Source: Anthoceros angustus
Taxonomy: Eukaryota > Plantae > Anthocerotophyta
DNA length: 64,000 bases
Assembly (NCBI GenBank): GCA_010909165.1
Contig: VJWM01000119.1
Location: 372,001 to 436,000 of the forward strand
Reading direction: 5' to 3'
Made by a program: the position numbers and the translations under genes. Under the pieces are notes generated by a model. The model was not told where the DNA came from and did no database searches. It saw only the letters and a program-made list of their open reading frames with translations. Below are positions 60,481 through 64,000 of the stretch, in pieces (the first letter of the stretch is position 1; the number at the start of each line of letters is the position of its first letter).

Positions 60481-63084
60481 CTAGGAGCATTTGTTGGGCA
60501 GTGGAGCGCCACACAGGCCGGAGTTCCCAGCGAAATCAGCGGCTGGGAACTTGCGGAGTTGAGAGGGAATGGGGCCCGACAGCAGGTTGTAGGACAGGTT
60601 CAGGTCTTGGAGGTCGGTGATTTGAGCGATGGCAGCGGGGACGGAGCCCGAGAACTTGTTGTAAGACAGGTCCAGGATGTGCAGCCCTTTGAGCTTACCC
60701 ACAGAGGGGTCGATCGGTCCCGTCAATCTGTTCCGCGACAGTACCAGGCCAGAGGTGGCGGAGAAGGTGTATTGGATGTCCCTGAGGAAGTCGCTGCTTT
60801 CCGGGAAATAGTAGCCCAGGGTGTAGAGAGGGGCTCCAGCAGTGTAGGCTGCGGCGCTGCCTGCGACTGCCAAGCCAGTGAATCCTGGCACCAGCTGCTG
60901 GAGTGGCAGATTACCTCCAAGGGCGTTGCTGGCGAGGTCCACAATTTTGATGGCGCTCAAACTGCTCAAGGACGCCGGCACGCTGCCTGAAATGTTGTTG
61001 GAGCTCAAGTCCAGAACTTGAAGGCCCTGAGATGCAGAATCGGAGTAAGAGATTGTGAAAACAAGAAAGGAGAAGAGGGTCTGGGAGGAGATGGATACCG
61101 TGAAGGAGGTGATGGCAGCAGGAATCTGGCCGGACAGAAGGTTCCCGCTCACGTCGTAGACCAGAAGCTGAGTGCAGGAAGTGAAGTCCACTCCGCTAGG
61201 CAGAACAGACCCTGAGAGCTTGTTGTTTTCCAAGACGAGAGCCTGCAGCCCGCCACAGGCAGCACTGAAGTCGGGGATGGGTCCTACCAGATGGTTGTTT
61301 CCCAGCTTCAGCCTCTGCAAGGACTGGGTGTTTGTGAACACAGAAGCAGGGATAGAGCCGCTGAGCAGATTGTTGGACAGATCGATGTAGTTGAGGTCGC
61401 TGCTGACTGTAATCGCAGGGATGGCCCCCGTGAGTTTGTTGTTGTTCAGAATGATGAAGTTTGTGAACTGGCTGCCGAAGATGTCAGAGGGGATGAGACC
61501 GCTGAGCTGGTTGTCTGCAAAGTTGAGTCCGTGTAGAACTGGCTGTGCCCCGAAGCCGACTGGGATGGAGCCTGTGAAGTGATTCTGGTGCAGATCCAGG
61601 TAGTAGAGCAGAGGGATTTGCGTAAACGCCTTGGGAATCGTTCCTGTCAATGCATTCACCGAGGCGTTGATGTAGGCCGCCAGCACCCGGGTGCCGTCGA
61701 TTGCAGGCAGCTGGGTGAGGTGGTTGTCGGATATGTCAATGAATTGGGAGTTGTAGATCTGGAACACCCATGCAGGCACAGGACCTGCGAGAGCCGGAAA
61801 CTCCATCGGACTACGTCTCCAGATAGATCAAGCCATTCCCTTCCTTTCCATAACCAAGAAGCCTGAAAGGAAAGTTAACAAACAAACCATGGATCCGTGC
61901 AGCAACACACCTGCAAACTGGTTGGAGTGCACATCAAAGCTCTGCACATTCTGCCCTGTGGTGCCGTCATCAGGAATGCTGCCAGTGCCCAAGCTGGTGA
62001 GCTTGTTGTGGCTGAGCGTGATATGTGACCCCCATAGTGACGGCGGGTTCAGGGCTCCTGTCAGCTGGTTGTAGGACAGGTCAAGGTAGCGGTCAGCTTC
62101 AGTGATAGCAAACCCGAGGCTTTGCGGAATGTCACCACTCAGCTGGTTTCTGGACAAGTTCAGCAGGGCCAGGTGCAGCTGGGACAGCGAGGGAGGAATG
62201 GCTCCTGCATTGTACCATTTGAACATCCAACTTGTAAGCTTCCAGCATGTTGCAGAAAAAAAAGAAACTTGACAGGCAGGTAGATGGGATGCAATGTCCT
62301 TGAATTGCAATACCTGTGAGAGCATTGTTTCCGGCGACGAAGGTGAGCAGCGCCTTGCCAGCACCTCCAAGCGACGCAGGAATGGGTCCACTCAATCTGT
62401 TGTTATCCAACGCGAGGTTGACAAGAAGTCCGTTTGCTCCAAGAGTAGCTGGAATAGCTCCAGTGAGCTGGTTGTCGCTCAGCAACAGATCTGTCAGCGG
62501 CAAGCTGGCCAAGGACGTGGGAATGCTGCCGGAGAAGGATGCTCCTCGGAGAACCAGCACCTGCACAGAACAGGAAAGGAAGGAAAAGAATCCATGCCCA
62601 CCATTAGGTTATTGTTATCCCAAGCCAACAACTCTGGACAGCAACGCTATGCTGCTAAGGTTGAGATTGCACACGATTGTTCAAGAAGCATTTACAGATA
62701 CCTGCAGTTTGGTAAGAAGTCCGAGAGAGGCAGGAATGGCTCCTGCCAGCGGGCTCCTCTGGAACAATCCCTGGCTGTCATAAAGCCCTCCGATCCGCAA
62801 TTCCCTGAGGGAAACAAGGTTCTTGAAGGACGCAGGGATAGAGCCGGTGAACCGGTTCCCCTCCAAGTACAGCTTCTCCAACAACGGGAGCTCCCCGGGG
62901 TTGATGAGCGGGAGAGCGCCGCTGAGCCCAGAGTTGGGCAGCGTCAAAGCGTCGATATTAAAGGGCCCAGTGAGCAGCAACTCCCGCAGCTTCTTGAGCT
63001 GCTTCAGCCCGGCCGGGATCCTCCCGTTGAAGGCAGCGAACTCCAAGTCCAGCACCTGGAGCTGCGTGAGCTGCGCGAAGCAGG
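60481..63084 (-). CDS. Secreted LRR protein paralog 3 (close inverted paralog of gene 1), 5' end not in window; exons ~63084-62702, 62560-62314, 62204-61911, 61784-61099, 61026-60481
   Basis: Exon lengths 247/294/686/546 against 247/297/686/546 in gene 1. Near-identical protein ending GNSGLCGAPLPNKCS*. Confidence 0.88.
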
Positions 63085-64000
63085 GATAGAGCCGCTGAGC
63101 AGATTGTTGGACAGATCGATGTAGTTGAGGTCGCTGCTGACTGTAATCGCAGGGATGGCCCCGTGAGTTTGTTGTTGTTCAGAATGATGAAGTTTGTGAA
63201 CTGGCTGCCGAAGATGTCAGAGGGATGAGACCGCTGAGCTGGTTGTCTGCAAAGTTGAGTCCGTGTAGAACTGGCTGTGCCCCGAAGCCGACTGGGATGG
63301 AGCCTGTGAAGTGATTCTGGTGCAGATCCAGGTAGTAGAGCAGAGGATTTGCGTAAACGCCTTGGGAATCGTTCCTGTCAATGCATTCACCGAGGCGTTG
63401 ATGTAGCCGCCAGCACCCGGGTGCCGTCGATTGCAGGCAGCTGGTGAGGTGGTTGTCGGATATGTCAATGAATTGGGAGTTGTAGATCTGGAACACCCAT
63501 GCAGGCACAGGACCTGCGAGGCCGGAAACTCCATCGGACTACGTCTCCAGATAGATCAAGCCATTCCCTTCCTTTCCATAACCAAGAAGCCTGAAAGGAA
63601 AGTTAACAAACAAACCATGGATCCGTGCAGCAACACACCTGCAAACTGGTTGGAGTGCACATCAAAGCTCTGCACATTCTGCCCTGTGGTGCCGTCATCA
63701 GGAATGCTGCCAGTGCCCAAGCTGGTGAGCTTGTTGTGGCTGAGCGTGATATGTGTGACCCCCCATAGTGACGGCGGGTTCAGGGCTCCTGTCAGCTGGT
63801 TGTAGGACAGGTCAAGGTAGCGGTCAGCTTCAGTGATAGCAAACCCGAGGCTTTGCGGAATGTCACCACTCAGCTGGTTTCTGGACAAGTTCAGCAGGGC
63901 CAGGTGCAGCTGGGACAGCGAGGGAGGAATGGCTCCTGCATTGTACCATTTGAACATCCAACTTGTAAGCTTCCAGCATGTTGCAGAAAAAGAAACTTGA
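63077..64000 (-). repeat. Duplicated copy of LRR gene 3 exons 3-4 (offset 1734 bp)
   Basis: Repeats 61343-62270 after a GAAGCAGG microhomology junction and carries several 1-bp deletions. Confidence 0.88.

Overview
Eukaryotic nuclear DNA, most likely from a compact-genome land plant (hornwort or lycophyte-like, inferred from ~70-150 bp GT-AG introns, PLS-class PPR fragments, F-box genes and LRR-RLP-type genes). The dominant feature is a 29.8-kb DNA transposon at 3486-33250. It has ~50-bp imperfect terminal inverted repeats (TATGGCATACCAAAG...CTTTGGTATGCCATA) and a 6-bp target-site duplication (CATCCA). On the minus strand it carries an intron-containing rve/IS3-type DDE integrase in several degenerate copies, and the TAT..ATA termini, 6-bp TSD and integrase together match the IS3EU superfamily. 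Its cargo includes a HECT E3 ubiquitin-ligase domain, a decayed PLS-PPR gene, unknown coding-like modules, a hairpin-repeat array and strand-skewed GC-rich minisatellites. It sits in an AT-rich spacer inside a minus-strand F-box cluster (1 clearly intact gene, 1 with a 78-bp N-terminal repeat expansion, several pseudogenes and remnants). To the right is a cluster of three island-domain LRR genes that stop right after the C-terminal cap, so they have no transmembrane helix. The window starts inside a SirB1/transglutaminase-like gene. Caveat: several microhomology-joined tandem duplications carry independent 1-bp indels, which suggests long-read assembly noise. Internal copy numbers, frameshifts and the true element length are therefore uncertain.
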